Notes: generated by a model from the letters alone, not told the origin. DNA of 64,000 nucleotides from Felis catus (GCF_018350175.1 NC_058368.1:229092001-229156000), one strand, 5' to 3'; numbered from the stretch's first letter, positions 37,161-50,169 are shown. Numbers and translations: made by a program.

Positions 37161-38696
37161 AGATGGATGAATGGATATATATATATCTTAGGTTTCACCA
37201 TTCAAAATTAATTAATTCAGAAAATCTACATAATAGAAATAAATTTCTTCCTAAAATAATTTTATGTAAGTCGTTATATTCACAAGACTGACCTCAAAGT
37301 ATTATTTTAGGCTGCATTTCACGTAAGATTAGTTAAATATGTACCTAGTGCTTTTAAAATAACACTTCATTAAACCATTTCAAGAAATCTTTAAAGTACA
37401 TTTTATTTACATACCCTTAACAAATTAAAGAATTTATTCTGAGTGACAGTGCAATAGTGTGTCTAAATGTATCTCTAATGTCACTTTTGTAGTACTTCGA
37501 TTATAGCTTAAATATTCTCTTTCCTGTAGCCAGAATTGAGAAAAATCAACCTATAAATTACACATTATATATAGTGTAACATTAAATTATAAGTGTATAT
37601 TATTCATTTTAAGCATATACTTATAATTATAGGTATTTAAGTATTATTAATACATAGTAAATTATAAGTAATTATAATATATAATTATGTATAATCTGTA
37701 TGTGTGTATATATAGATAAGTAGCTAGTCAGCCATAGTATACGTCAAAGACTTCTGTACTCTACCCTAAAAATTAACTTACTCTTTTTTTTATTATATTA
37801 TTTTATTGTGGAAATGCATCCTAAGGACTGCAGAATTCAGATTTTTAGGACTAAATCTCTGTCTCTTTACCAGCCCTACTCATCCTTCATCTGTAGGCAG
37901 AGTGATAATCGGGCCTGGGGAGAATGAAGGGAAGTAAAATATGGAGTCAGAGACTGTAGCACAAGGGTTAGCCAAGATGATATAAGCTTAGCCAAGACTA
38001 TATATAACCTATTTCACAGGGAAAATTTGAAGACTTTTATTAAGTGCTTAAAGTAGATCCAGAGGCATTTTATATGCTATATACAGGGGTTGAGTTTGTT
38101 AATTTTACTTTGTTTCTGTAGAAAGCATCAGCCACACATATGCATGGACCATGGGTATTACTGAGTCTCCTGTTTGTAAAGATGATATTATTTGAAAAGA
38201 ACTGTAGGATAAGGAGCAAGGAGTTAGCTGTGTTGAGATGGTCTGGTCTGCAGCTTAATCATAATATTGCCCTTCTACTTGGTTTTGAATGACTTGAAGG
38301 TGAGACATGTCATGTTTTTGATATCAGTTTCTTTGTCTGTTAGGACTTTGTCTCTTAGATAGCAAAGGGTTATGTATAGAAGATTTAATTCTACTCTTCT
38401 GGACCCTTCCATCCTTTTCCAGCTCTACACTGCTCCATCTTCTATAAAAGTCTCATGATTAAAACTGATTGCTTTTCTACATTATGCATCTGTTGCTTTT
38501 CTACATTATGATTAATTCTGCCAGCCCAGAGGGCCATCACAAGCTTCTCCTCTTCCTATGGAAAGCCTAGTAGAGTCCTTGAGCCTAAAACATGCACAAA
38601 CCACAGATAAATTCAGACTCAGTAAATGTCCTCAGGTTTGAATTGGTCAAATATCTCAGTTCCACTAGGAATGACCCTTTTAGATATATTTTTTCT

Positions 38697-38907
38697 TTTT
38701 ACTTTATTAAAATGTTTACTTATTTATTTTTGAGAAAGAGAGAGGGATAGACAGCAAGTGGGGAAAGGGCAGAGAGAGAGGGAGAGAGAGAATCCCAGAA
38801 GGCTCTGCACCATCAGCGTGGAGCCCCGCATGGAACTCGAACCCACGAACCATGAGATCATGACCTTGGCTGAAATCAAAGGTCAGACTGAGCCACCCAG
38901 AGGCCCC
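38697..38907 (-). mobile_element. CanSINE (older)
   Basis: Antisense head ending gaggcccc; flanks atatattttttc. Confidence 0.93.
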
Positions 38908-40077
38908 TATATATATTTTTTCCTTAATTGTATTTTAAGTGTTTGCCATAGGATTGGGGCCTTCAATGGCTTCTAATAACTGAGACATACTTCTTGGAAA
39001 GAAACCCAGAATTTATAATTTATTCTCTGACTTAAATATTCTTCTAATGTAAAATCTCTAATGTAAAATATGGAGAATTAGGAATATAAATATTTGGAAA
39101 GTAAATGCATGACAATGCATAAATAAATTCCTATATTTAAAGCATACAGAATAGTTTCTGATAATTACAATGCCATATAAATGAGTGCTACTTTCATCTT
39201 GTGAATATAGTTCATTCATACTAAGTTCTTTAAGTTGTTAAAATTTATTATTTAACTTTAGGTCAAACATATGAGATATATTTTAGTATATATGTCAAAA
39301 AGTAGACCTATACTATAGAGCTTTCAACTAACTAAAGGGGAAATGACAGCTTAAAAAATAGTCTGCTGGAAGGGAGAAGAGTCAGGAGGAAGTAAAGAAT
39401 AATCTGACTAAATATACAATACCAAATAAAAGAAAGGAAATATGTCAATTTGCCACTTTCACTAATCACAAATTTAAGTGGTTAAACATTTCCCACTCGA
39501 AAATATTTTGTAACATTAGGAAAATTAAGCAAGAGAAAAATAAAAGTAAAAACTTAAAAAAAAACGATAAAGTTTAGTCTTTGCTCTTTTATCAGTGAAC
39601 ATTATCCACAAGCTTCAAGAACTTTGAAAACATTTGTTTTCGTGCTGTTCTCTTGGTGTCAAATTTCTCAACGTGTGTTTAGCTCAAATGTCTATTTTTC
39701 TCTCATTTGGGGGATACAATGGTTGGACATAGGGTTGTGGACCAGTAGTCATTTCTCTCGAAAATTTAAAGGGAATCCATCATTTTCCATATTACATCAT
39801 TTATTTACAAATGTCAGTGACTAACTTATTGCAGTATTTCAAAGCAATATGTTATTTTCTCATTTTTTCTTGATTTTCGCCATTAAGATTTGTCACATTG
39901 TTGAAGTTGTAGTAATATTTGTATTCTGAAAAATTTAAACCAGTTTCAAAGTAGAATACATTTTGAATCTGAAAATCAATTAAGGTATTAGCTGACAATA
40001 TTAATCTAATAAGGGATTTAAGTGATTCTAAATTGATTTTTAATTTTTGAGAAGACGTTGTATGTACTTTACCATGA

Positions 40078-40395
40078 TTTCTAGAATAAAGACTGTGTTT
40101 TGGATGTCTCAATGGAATCCTAGATTATTTACCACATACCATTTCTTAATAGTCCATCATTACCAATTTTTGTCATTCCAGCTCCATGAGAATGCCAACA
40201 GTTTGTATTACCTTCCCCCCAAATTTCGAATTGGCTAAATCATATACTCATTGGTAAAGGCACACAAAAATTTAATTATAGCCAAATTTCAAAAAATGCG
40301 TATATAGATACAATAAATGCCCATATCAAAAAATATAAAATTATTACTATAATATAATATGCCATGATGAGAGCTTGATCAAGTCAACACCTAGA
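40078..40395 (-). repeat. Right arm of the long-range inverted duplication
   Basis: Reverse complement matches 30504-30598 plus 30831-31051; the ORF track shows the shared translated string RHPKHSLYSR in both places. Confidence 0.95.
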
Positions 40396-41014
40396 CCGCA
40401 GGTGATAGTGGCTTCAGTGAATCTTAGATGTAAAACTGAATAGAATAACCATTTGCAATAACCATTTCATACTGGCTAAGTAAGATCTTTGAAAGATAAG
40501 GAGAGTCAGTCATTGGAAGGCATAGAGAGTGAAAGGAAGGGTATTTTGTTATTAGTTTTGTTAATTTTTTTTGTTTTCTTTCAAGATGGAAAAGAGTTGG
40601 CACTGTCAGGTATCTAAAAAAACTATTAGTAAGAGGTCAAAATATTAGAAAAGAGGGTATGTTTGCATCAAACACGATGTAATTTACAATTACCCTGTTA
40701 AATCCTGGCAGTGTGAAAGCAACTTTGGGATTTGGGGAACATAGGAAAGACCCCAACAAATTGTGGGTGGCTATACAGCCATATTAAATTTCAAGGGAAC
40801 ATGAAAGTTTGATCTTCCCATGTTCCTGGAGAGAAAAGAAAACCAGACACATAATAACCACCTCTAATGTCTAAAACAGTGTATGAGATTCAGATGTAGA
40901 TACCATAGTCTTTCGCTGGTTACATCTTATATACACATCTTCAAATTAACGTCAAAAATCTCTAAGATTATTGCACTGTCCAAACTAGTAACACATCAAG
41001 AAATGTGTTTTGCA

Positions 41015-41228
41015 GGGGCGCCTGGGTGGCGCAGTCGGTTAAGCCTCCGACCTCAGCCAGGTCACAATCTCGCGGTCCGTGAGTTCAAGCCCCGCGTCAG
41101 GCTCTGGGCTGATGGCTCAGAGCCTGGAGCCTGTTTCCGATTCTGTGTCTCCCTCTCTCTCTGCCCCTCCCCCGTTCATGCTCTGTCTCTCTCTGTCCCA
41201 AAAATAAATAAAAACGTTGAAAAAAAAA
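41015..41228 (+). mobile_element. Young CanSINE (SINEC_Fc)
   Basis: Same diagnostic positions as the copies at 5584 and 29603; TSD aagaaatgtgtttt. Confidence 0.97.
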
Positions 41229-42411
41229 AAGAAATGTGTTTTTCTTCTGAAAACTCCAAGCTGTTTAAGTCACCATGGTCCTCATACTTCCACGATGCCC
41301 TCCTCCTCCTTCTTTCAAACACAACACGCTCTTCACAGCTGAGCTTATATATATATTTGTGTGTGAATTTGAATTACTTTCCAAATCTTTATGGCAGAGT
41401 TAATTATTGTTGTTCATCATGGTGGTGGTGTTTTTTTGTTTATTATTTTAATAATGCATTTGTTTTAATGTACTCTAAATGTATACTGTGCATTTCTTTA
41501 TTTGGAAAAGTAAACCAAGAGCTCCTAGAAGCCTAAGAAGCATGTCTTCTTAACCTTTCAAAATATGCCTATCCCCATCGAGAATCTTCCCATCATTACT
41601 ATTCAAAAAAATGACTATTAAATAAACAAATTAATAATAATGATAATAATAATAAACAAATTAATGTATGAGTATATGAAGAAAGTGAGTGGGCACTATT
41701 CTGTGAAGGGCATTGAATAAGACGGTGTTACTAAGTTATATTGTCTCTTGAAAAAAATTATTGTAAGCACACTGAAATATGCACAGGTTGCCATTTTAGA
41801 GGCATTTACATGATCCTTCAGAATCAGAAGGAAAGGAGAGAGTTTGAGAAGTAAGAAAGTCTTGCCCAAAAGGTGACATACAATCTTGCTCTTATCTCTG
41901 CAATGTGTTGAAAGACCTCTGAAGGGAAGGAATCAGCCTGATGTATATATTCATTTCCTAGATTTGCCAGGCAGTATTGGCTTCATAAATTGAATAGTTA
42001 ATAGTAACACCATTGAATTAAAGTGCGGCACATTAGTAACCATGATTTTAGAAGAAAATTAGTATGTACAGGTATAGCAATTTTTTTGATTACTCATTTA
42101 GTATTATACCAATTGCAAATATCAGAACACCCAACTAATAGTGGCTAAAGAAATAAATACTTAATTATCCTGCTTCCAGGGAATCTTACAGAAGGTCAAC
42201 AAATTAACCTATCCCTCTTTTCAACCATTCTCAGTGTTTTGCCCTGAATCTCATTACGCTGTCTCCTCATTCAGTTGCACTCTTCAGTGCAAATTCAGAC
42301 AGTGTGCATGGTAAGCAAAGGGGCTTTTCTTCACATGGATCTTTTCTCTCTCAGAAACCCACCAGAAGCCTGGCTTATTGCCTTATGGGAGATAGAAATA
42401 TATTCATAGCT

Positions 42412-42604
42412 GGGGCGCCTGGGTGGTTTAGTCATTTGAGCATCTGACTCTTGATTTCAGTTCAGGTCATGATCTCAGGGGCATGGGAACGAGTCCTGTG
42501 TAAGGCTTTGCACTCAGCACAGAGATTCTCTCACTCCCTCTCCGGCTGCCCCTCTCCTTCACTCACACTTGCTGGCTTGCTTGCTCTCTCTCTCTCTAAA
42601 AGAA

Positions 42605-42652
<48 letters not shown>
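42412..42652 (+). mobile_element. Old CanSINE with tail converted to (AT)n
   Basis: Head ggggcgcctgggtggtttagtc; (AT)n at ~42608-42652; lies within probable old MLT1 sequence. Confidence 0.9.
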
Positions 42653-42656
<4 letters not shown>

Positions 42657-42914
42657 CATAGCCATGTCTAGTTTGCAAACTAAGCTGAGAAAACAACTAT
42701 CTGGGAAAGTTGCATGGGGTTATCATTGTCACCCAGCAAAATATTTTGGCTTTATTTTGTTTTGTTTTCATAAGGAAAATGTGAAATGGCCTCTCGATAA
42801 GCAAATAATATTGTCTGCCATGAAGAAGGTATGCGATGCTGACTTAAGAAAGAACGAGAAGGTTGAGATGAGTATTGAGGAACTTAGGATCTATTTAGAA
42901 TCCTCTGTCTGAAA

Positions 42915-43402
42915 GCCCCGTGGATACTCCCCATGTGTTATCTGATTTGGAATTCTAATCATTCAACATGTTGCTTATTAAGATTGCTCTGATGCTTTGG
43001 CTGATGCTGATATCCCCTGCTTTTCTTCCTTGTTGCTAGCCGAATCTCTACATCTCAGCCTTGCCCTTCTCTAGATAGGGTAAAACTGAAGTGGGCCCTT
43101 CATGTGGTGTCCCTGAAGGCGGGGGATGCTGGTTCCTCACTCTGCCTTCCCTTTCCCGGTGAAGGAGACTCTTTCCAGTTAGAGAGTTACTTCTTGGCAA
43201 TGAGCAACATTGACTTAGAGGTGCTGTGATAAGGCAAAAATGAAGCTCCCTCCCCTTTTTGTGTAATTATTGTCAGGTTTTTTGTTTAACTGTGTGGCTG
43301 AGGCTTTTAAGTGTACTCTAGAGGGTTCTTTGTGGATAGCAGTCTGATTATTGATCTTTGTCAGGGGACAGGGGTTAGGGACTCATACTTTGCCATCTTG
43401 GA
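42915..43402 (-). mobile_element. Old L1 5' UTR region fragment
   Basis: Ends in 'gccatcttg' (antisense of the L1 5' CAAGATGGC); GC-richer segment resembling L1M 5' ends. Confidence 0.55.
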
Positions 43403-44199
43403 GACTCCACCCTCTCCATTTATTAAAGCCCAGGTAAACTTGGCTGTCTGTTATCAAACTATTAATGTACTTAGAATATGGTATATTTGATCTACTAATT
43501 TGTTAGAATGATGCAAGCTGCTTGTGCAAATAATATGAAAAATTCTCAGTATGAAGTAGAAGTGTTAGCGAGAGCTGCCTCGTTTTTAAACTGATTACCT
43601 CAAGGACACATTTTGGTTGACTGGCAACAAAATAAGCATTATTGTGAGAAGAACAAAATGATTAACTGCAAAAAAAGAAGTTTACATCTTATCAGGCATT
43701 TGTCTCCTGATAGCTGTAAATACAGGCTGTTTTCTCTTTATAGAGACTGTGCTTCCAAGAAGTTGAATGTGTTCTATTTATATCTCTCTTCTGTGTTAGG
43801 CAAGTGTGCAAAATTTTCTAATTTAGTAGTTGAAGGGCTCTACATAAAATGCAATGAAATTCTCTTATTTCCCTTGAATAGGGAATAATTAAGCAGAGGG
43901 CATGAATCTATGAGTCTAGCCAAGAGATATTTTTAAATGTTCTAGAGAATTTTAACAATTGAATGAAGAAAATCGGTAATTCTTGTTATTTTTCTACATT
44001 TTAATCTATTTTAAGAGAAATAATACTGGCATGAAGTTAAATATTTTATTGTTCACTGTTTCAGAGGCTATTTCTGTAGAGATGCACTCCATACATAAGA
44101 ATTTGAATTGATACTGAGATTTTATATTCATAGTATCATAATGTTTACCATCTAATCATGTGAGTGATATTTCTTCTGATATTATATTCACTAGCAGGT

Positions 44200-44325
44200 G
44201 AATATAAACAGGCAATATTATTAACATTTTAATGGTGAGTAAACTGAAGCTCAGAAATGTTAGTTGATTTGTTCACTGTTATATAGCTTGTTAGAAGTAG
44301 GAGCAGGACTTGAATCCTAAGACAC
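44200..44325 (-). mobile_element. MIR fragment
   Basis: 'cattttaatggtgagtaaactgaagctcagaaatgttagttgatttgttca...gcaggacttgaatcc'. Confidence 0.75.
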
Positions 44326-44394
44326 AATGTATCAAATAATACACTTTTTGGTAGAGAACTGACAAGAGCTGAACTACAGTTAATAATGTATATT

Positions 44395-44620
44395 GGAGTG
44401 CCTGGGTGGCTCAGTTGGTTAGGCGGCCGACTTTGGCTCGGGTCATGATCTCACAGTCTGTGGGTTGGAGCCCTGCGTCGGGCTCTGTGCTGGCAGCTCA
44501 GAGCCTGGAGCCTGCTTCTGATTCTGCGTCTCCCTGTCCCTCTGCGCCTCCCCTGCTTGCTCTCTGTCTCTTTCTCAAATAATACACATTAAAAAAATAA
44601 AAAAATAAAAATAAAAAAAT
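44395..44620 (+). mobile_element. CanSINE
   Basis: Full-length head, body and A-tail. Confidence 0.95.
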
Positions 44621-44900
44621 AATATTGTATTGTGCCCCTAAAAATTGGGGTTCTTACTCCAATAAAATAAACTGGTTGCTTTAAAATTTTAAAAAGAAAA
44701 GGAATCCTGTTACAGTAAAGCTGACACAATTCTTCCATGGGACACTTGACTAGCACAGTGTACAAAAGAACATACAAAGATATGCGAAAATACATGGTAC
44801 AAATGTTTACAAATATCCCTTCAGTGACATGATACTTATGAAGGAGTCTTAAGCGTATGCTGCTGGGTGCAGCCATATGCTTGCAGCTATTTGACGGAGA

Positions 44901-45142
44901 TTTTTTTGTTTTGTTTTTTGAGAGACAGAGAGACAGAGAGAGAGAGAGAGAGACAGAGAGACAGACAGAGAGAGAGACAGAGAGTGAGTCCAGGAGAGGA
45001 ATCAAAGAAGAGAGAGAGAATCTTAAGCAGGCTCCATGCACAGTTCAGAGCCTGACACAGGGTTCAATCCCACAGCCCTGGGATCATGACCTGAGCCGAA
45101 ATCAAGAGCTAGAAGTTTAACCAACTGAGCTATCCAGTTGCC
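44901..45142 (-). mobile_element. CanSINE (older) with (GA/GACA)n expansion
   Basis: Antisense SINE sitting within a (GTTTT)n tract. Confidence 0.92.
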
Positions 45143-45143
45143 T

Positions 45144-45206
45144 GTTTTTTTGTTTTTTTTTTTGTTTTTTGTTTTGTTTTGTTTTGTTTTGTTTTGTTTT
45201 GTTTTG
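45144..45206. repeat. (GTTTT)n microsatellite
   Basis: Seen directly. Confidence 0.92.
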
Positions 45207-45491
45207 AGTGGAGCCAGATATTTGGGAATGAACATATCCTTAGAGAGAAAATACTATTCTGTAAATAAAGGAGTAGGGTCCTAGTTATGCATTGGCTGTG
45301 CTCCTCATCTTGGCCAAGTTCAGCTATACTCATCACTGATTTTCACTTCACTTGTCCAAGGATTTCCTAAGGTATTAAAAGCTTATGGTAATCAATAGAT
45401 TTATGAAGAAAGAGGCAATCTCATGAAATAGAACCCAAATCTACCTGCTTGGTAAAATGCCAATAGAAATTTAAGTATTTTAAAAATTGGA

Positions 45492-45668
45492 GGGGCACCT
45501 GGGAGGCTCATTCAGTTAGGCACCCGACTCTTGGTTTCAACTCAGGTCACAATCCCATGATTCATGAGTTTGAGCCCCACGTCGGGCTCTATGCTGGAAG
45601 CTCAGAGCCTGGAGCCTGCTTGGGATTTTCTGTCTCCCTCCCTCAAAATAAATAAATAAACTTAAAAC
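45492..45668 (+). mobile_element. CanSINE with shortened CT body
   Basis: Head ggggcacctgggaggctca; tail aaaataaataaataaac. Confidence 0.92.
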
Positions 45669-46179
45669 AATAATTATTTATCATTAATTATACATTAATA
45701 TTTATAAAATCAATAATTATAAGTATTATAATTCTTACTCATTTACAATTTAATATGTAATATATAATGTATAGGTTGATTTTCCCTAATTCTAGAGACT
45801 CAAAAGAAAAAGTATTTGTTTTAACTACCATTGAAGTACAATGGAAGTCACATTAGAGACATATGTAGACACACTATTGCAGTTACTCTGAAAAAATTCT
45901 TTAATTTGTTAAATATCTGTAAAAAATAATAAAATATTAATGATTGTACCTACATAACAGATTTTTTGAAATGATTCAATTAAATGTTAACTCGCTAAGA
46001 AAATATTTAACTAATATTATGTGAAATGCCTGCTAAAATAATACTTTGAGGACAGTCTTGTCAATATAATACTTTACATTAAATTATTTTATGAATAAAT
46101 TTATTTCAAGAAAGTAAAAATACTTCTAAAAGAATATATGTATGTACATATGTGTATCTCTATAAAAAAATGAGTCTTT

Positions 46180-46356
46180 GGCGCCTGGGTGGCTCAGTCA
46201 GTTAAGCATCCAACTTCGGCTCAGGTCATGATCTCAAGGCTCATGGGTTCGAGCCCCGTGTTGGGTTCTGTGCTGACAGCTCGGAGCCCAGAGCCTGCTT
46301 CGGATTCTGTGTCTCCCTCTCTCTCTGCCCCTCTCCCGCTCATGCTCTGTCTCTCT
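46180..46356 (+). mobile_element. CanSINE lacking its A-tail (3'-deleted)
   Basis: Body ends at 'ctgtctctct' and goes directly into unrelated sequence. Confidence 0.92.
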
Positions 46357-46926
46357 AAGTTGTTTCATCACTGATGAATTGGAAAGATATGCATCCTCAA
46401 AATATACAAGAAAATAGATCTTGGGTAATGCTTTTCTTATTTGTTTATTTATTTTTTTAGCAGACAGTCCATGATGCATCTTAATTTGTTCATGTACATA
46501 ACTAAAATTTTGACATAACAACTAACACATGCTATTTGATTTAAAGGTAGAGTGTTGCATTCTAATGGCACCGATATAGTACAAACCACCAAACTGGTGG
46601 GGACCTTATAAAATGTTACCTATAAGTTAAAGTAAAAAAAAAAAACAAAACTGCAAGAATAATACAATAGTAGAGTTGCTTTTCTCTTTTTTCTCTACCA
46701 AACTTCTTATATATGGAAGCAAATGGATATATTTGAAAATTAAATAAGATTTAATATTTTGGCACAGTTCATACAGTCATTGGATTGGTGATCCACATTG
46801 ACAAGTTCATATTTTAGGAGGAAAAGAGGAAAACACTGAAGTCTTACATTTATCTGGTTTAATATTATATTCTCATGGTCATTCTTAGAAGCTTCTCTAA
46901 TAATATTTTGCTTATGAAATTTCTTC

Positions 46927-47153
46927 TTTTTTTAATGTTTATTTTTATTGTTTGAGAGAGAGAGAGAGAGAGAGGGAGAGACAGAGCATGAAGGGGGGAG
47001 GAGCAGAAAGAGAGGGAGACACAGAATCTGAAGCAGGCTCAAGGCTCTGAGCTATCAGCACAGAGCCCTACACAGGGCTCAAACTTGCAAATCATGAGAT
47101 CATGACCTGAGTTGAAGCCAGACGCTCAACCGACTGAGCCACCCAGGCGCCCC
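46927..47153 (-). mobile_element. CanSINE
   Basis: TSD aaatttcttcttt on both sides. Confidence 0.95.
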
Positions 47154-48699
47154 TAAATTTCTTCTTTCTATTCTACTTACAAAGATAATGTATGTATCAG
47201 CAAGTAATACTTGTTCCTTATTTTGCTAAGCTAATTTTTAAACAAATTTATCACAAAATACCCATTGATATTTAACTGAATAAAATAGGGATGTTGTCTC
47301 TTGGAAAAATGAATGATACTTATGTTGAAGGTTACACTCATGAGGAGAGTAAGGAGATGAGGAGATACACCATCTTTTCTTACTTATATTAGAATTCATC
47401 AAAAATTTAAATCATTAGGATCACAAATGGTACCATCCCAGATGCTTGGCAGAGTGAATTTCAGGACCCGTGAAATAATAAATGCTCATGGTTGAAGTTT
47501 TAATTTTAATAAACTTGAAATGCTAGTTGATTTATACTTTCATTTATGATTTATGTTTGCCTTTTGAATATTTAAAAAATTTTTAATGAATGCTAAGTAA
47601 AGAAGTAAAACAAAAATGTGAATTCTATCACTGAAGATTCTATTATTATATATTGCAAATTGAAGCGTTTCAGTAACACTCATGAATACATGTGAGACTG
47701 GGGTTTCTCTGTTATAGACATTTTCATCATACTTTTGGAAAAGATTCAATTTTCTTATTATGTCATAGCTTTGAATAGAAAAGCAATTGCTTATGAATTT
47801 TTTAAGTGAACCAAAATTGATATGCTTATTCTATCAAAGCCATGCTAAATGCAGAAATAAAAATCAAAGCCAATGTTGAATGTACTATTTTCACCTCTTA
47901 AAATAAATCCTGTGGTCTTGTCAAATAAGCCATTTTGTAATGTAGCATCTTTAAATATAACACGGCACGTATTCTGAAATGGAGACATTTATTCTGAGCA
48001 GCTCAGATCTATCTTTGATGTCATTATAAGCTAAAGGGCATGCGAAGAAAAAAATGCCTTAACTTCCCCTATATAACTTCCACGCAGGGGAGATTCAAAT
48101 GATAAATTATTTAAAGGAATTAAAGAAGACACTGCGGGGCTCTTGCTGCTTATTAAGGGTGAGTGATTTTCAAGTTTGGTTAAGTTACATTTCAACAGAT
48201 TTTTTTCTTCTACTCAAGCTTTATTTCACCAGGATCATAGCAAGGAAAAACATGTTGAAACTTTTTAGTCATTCTTCAAAGAAGATAATGATGAGTATTT
48301 CCTCCTTCATATCATACCGAAGCATTAACTTGTAATTGTATTAGCAGATTAAATTATTAAGCAGGTGATACAAAGCAAGTCCCGTAGTGATCAATTTCTT
48401 TTTGATACTCCCATAAGGAAATTTATTTAAAGATTCATAAGATGGATGGTAAAAGTGCTGTTTGAGAGCAATATCGGCTCGTTTCATAGTACTAAAGGAA
48501 AAATAGTCAGAGGCAACTTCAGGTGAATCTAGCATATGTTTTCAGATCAGGCTGAGTCTTTTCTCCAGGCAGTGAATTTCACTAGCTGCTAGAAAGACCT
48601 AAGGAGGTGGGAGCAATTATCAGGGTTGTCTAATAACTAAAACCTGGCTCCAAACCATGGAGTTGCCAAGAAACGCACAGTTAGGTCTCATAGGCTCTT

Positions 48700-49140
48700 C
48701 TCATAGGCTCTCACAGTAAGCTCCAACTGACTGCCTGTTGTCTTTCAGGAGCTATAAAGTCATAATGTCCCAGAGGGTTTGAATGTGACCTCCATGGTTC
48801 CAAAGTAGACCTAAATCGATAAGGGGAAAAAGTAACTAAAGGTAGGTTTCCACCTGTGTAGGAAGTCTTTCCAAGAGGAACAGACCACATCCATTGACCC
48901 ATGGGTATTGGTGTATCAATAAATACTTCAGCTCCTTGTCCTTGATTTTGTGATAACTCTGAGGCATATGATTTTCACTGTCTGATAGTGTTCTCCAGAA
49001 GGATTTCGCTTCAGGTACTCTCAGTGGTTACATGCTTCATACATTCTTCCCCTTATCTATTGTGTTTCCTTCACAAGAAAACCTGGGATTATCTTCCACA
49101 TAAATTATTTGCACTATAAACCTTGCCTTCGTGTCTCAGT
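48700..49140 (+). mobile_element. Old ERVL LTR (LTR16-like)
   Basis: 3' end 'cctgggattatcttccacataaattatttgcactataaaccttgcc' and 'ataaatacttcagctcc...gataactctgaggcat' resemble LTR16. Confidence 0.7.
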
Positions 49141-49336
49141 GGCTGCTATGGATACTGCTGAATTTGGTGTCCCTATAGAACTAGTGAAGAACAAACATTT
49201 CTCTCATAATCTCTCCACATCTTTGGCTTGCTGGAGCTTTTCAGTATTTTACCTCTTGAGTAACATTGGGTATATTTTCCTTGTAACAGCTGAACATGTT
49301 TTTGTTTTTTAATTTTATTTTTATTTTTGTATGCAT

Positions 49337-49559
49337 CAGGGTTTCTCAACCTAGATTTTACTGACATTTTATGCTGGATGATTCTTCTAGCGAGGGGTTG
49401 TCCCGTGTATTCGCACTGTCGGATGTTTAGTAGCCACCCTGGCCGCTACCTACCAGATGCCATTAGCACCCTCACTCCCAGTTGTGACAACTAAAAAAAG
49501 TCTCCAGACATTTCCAAATGCCCTATGGAGGGAAAAATTACGAGTTGAGAAAAACCCTG
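49337..49559 (+). mobile_element. MER20 (hAT-Charlie non-autonomous DNA transposon)
   Basis: TIRs cagggtttctcaac / gttgagaaaaaccctg; internal 'ccagttgtgacaactaaaaaaagtctccagacatttccaaatg'; ~220 bp. Confidence 0.92.
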
Positions 49560-49971
49560 TTCCACATCTTTCAAAGTTCTCAGTTACAATAATAATAAAA
49601 ACTGTGTTATTATTACTACTATATTTTTCATGTCTGGCACTGATGGTTGCTTCTAGATCACGCTAGATTTTTTTCCCCTTAACATCATTATAAATAAGTT
49701 AAATAATTCATACTAAAATATGTTGTTATATTTCCAATAGAATGAAGCTTTTACACAGTTCAAATAATTAGTCAAATCTTTATAATTATTACAAGAGGAA
49801 AATTGTATGGCAGAAAAAGTAGTAAATTTGCAGTGAGAATCCCTATAATCTAGTCCCTGCTTAGGAAATTTCTTTCTGATATTTTAATACTTCATTCAAC
49901 TTGATTGGACATTAACTTGCTTTCCTTTCTTGTTTTTGGTTGTTAGAAAATCAAACAAAAATATATTTAAA

Positions 49972-50169
49972 TTTTTTGTTAATGTTTATTTATTTTAGAG
50001 AGAAAGACAGAGTGCGAGTGGGGAAGGGGGAGAGAGGGAGGGAGACAGAATCTGAACCAGGCTCTCAGCTGTCAGGACAGAGGCCGATGTGCGGCTCGAA
50101 CCCACAAACGGTGAGATAATGACTTGAGCCGATGTCGGATGCTTACCCGACTGAGCCACCCAGGTGCCC
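49972..50169 (-). mobile_element. CanSINE
   Basis: Direct repeat aaaaatatatttaaa on both flanks. Confidence 0.95.

Noticed and set aside
30504..40395. Inverted arms as terminal inverted repeats of one 10-kb transposon
   Set aside because: No matching TSD outside the arms and no transposase remnants inside; the interior looks like ordinary genomic DNA with old repeats. Kept instead as an inverted duplication.
40883..41536. Longest ORF in the track (217 aa)
   Set aside because: Reads through a young SINE (GAPGWRSRLS...) and AT-rich flanks; no recognisable domain.
42451..42912. 153-aa ORF (and the similar 150-aa ORF at 44589-45041)
   Set aside because: Composed of SINE and microsatellite translation (IYIYIY, SLSLSL).
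43616..43628. RFX X-box-like GTTGACTGGCAAC
   Set aside because: A single imperfect motif without other support.
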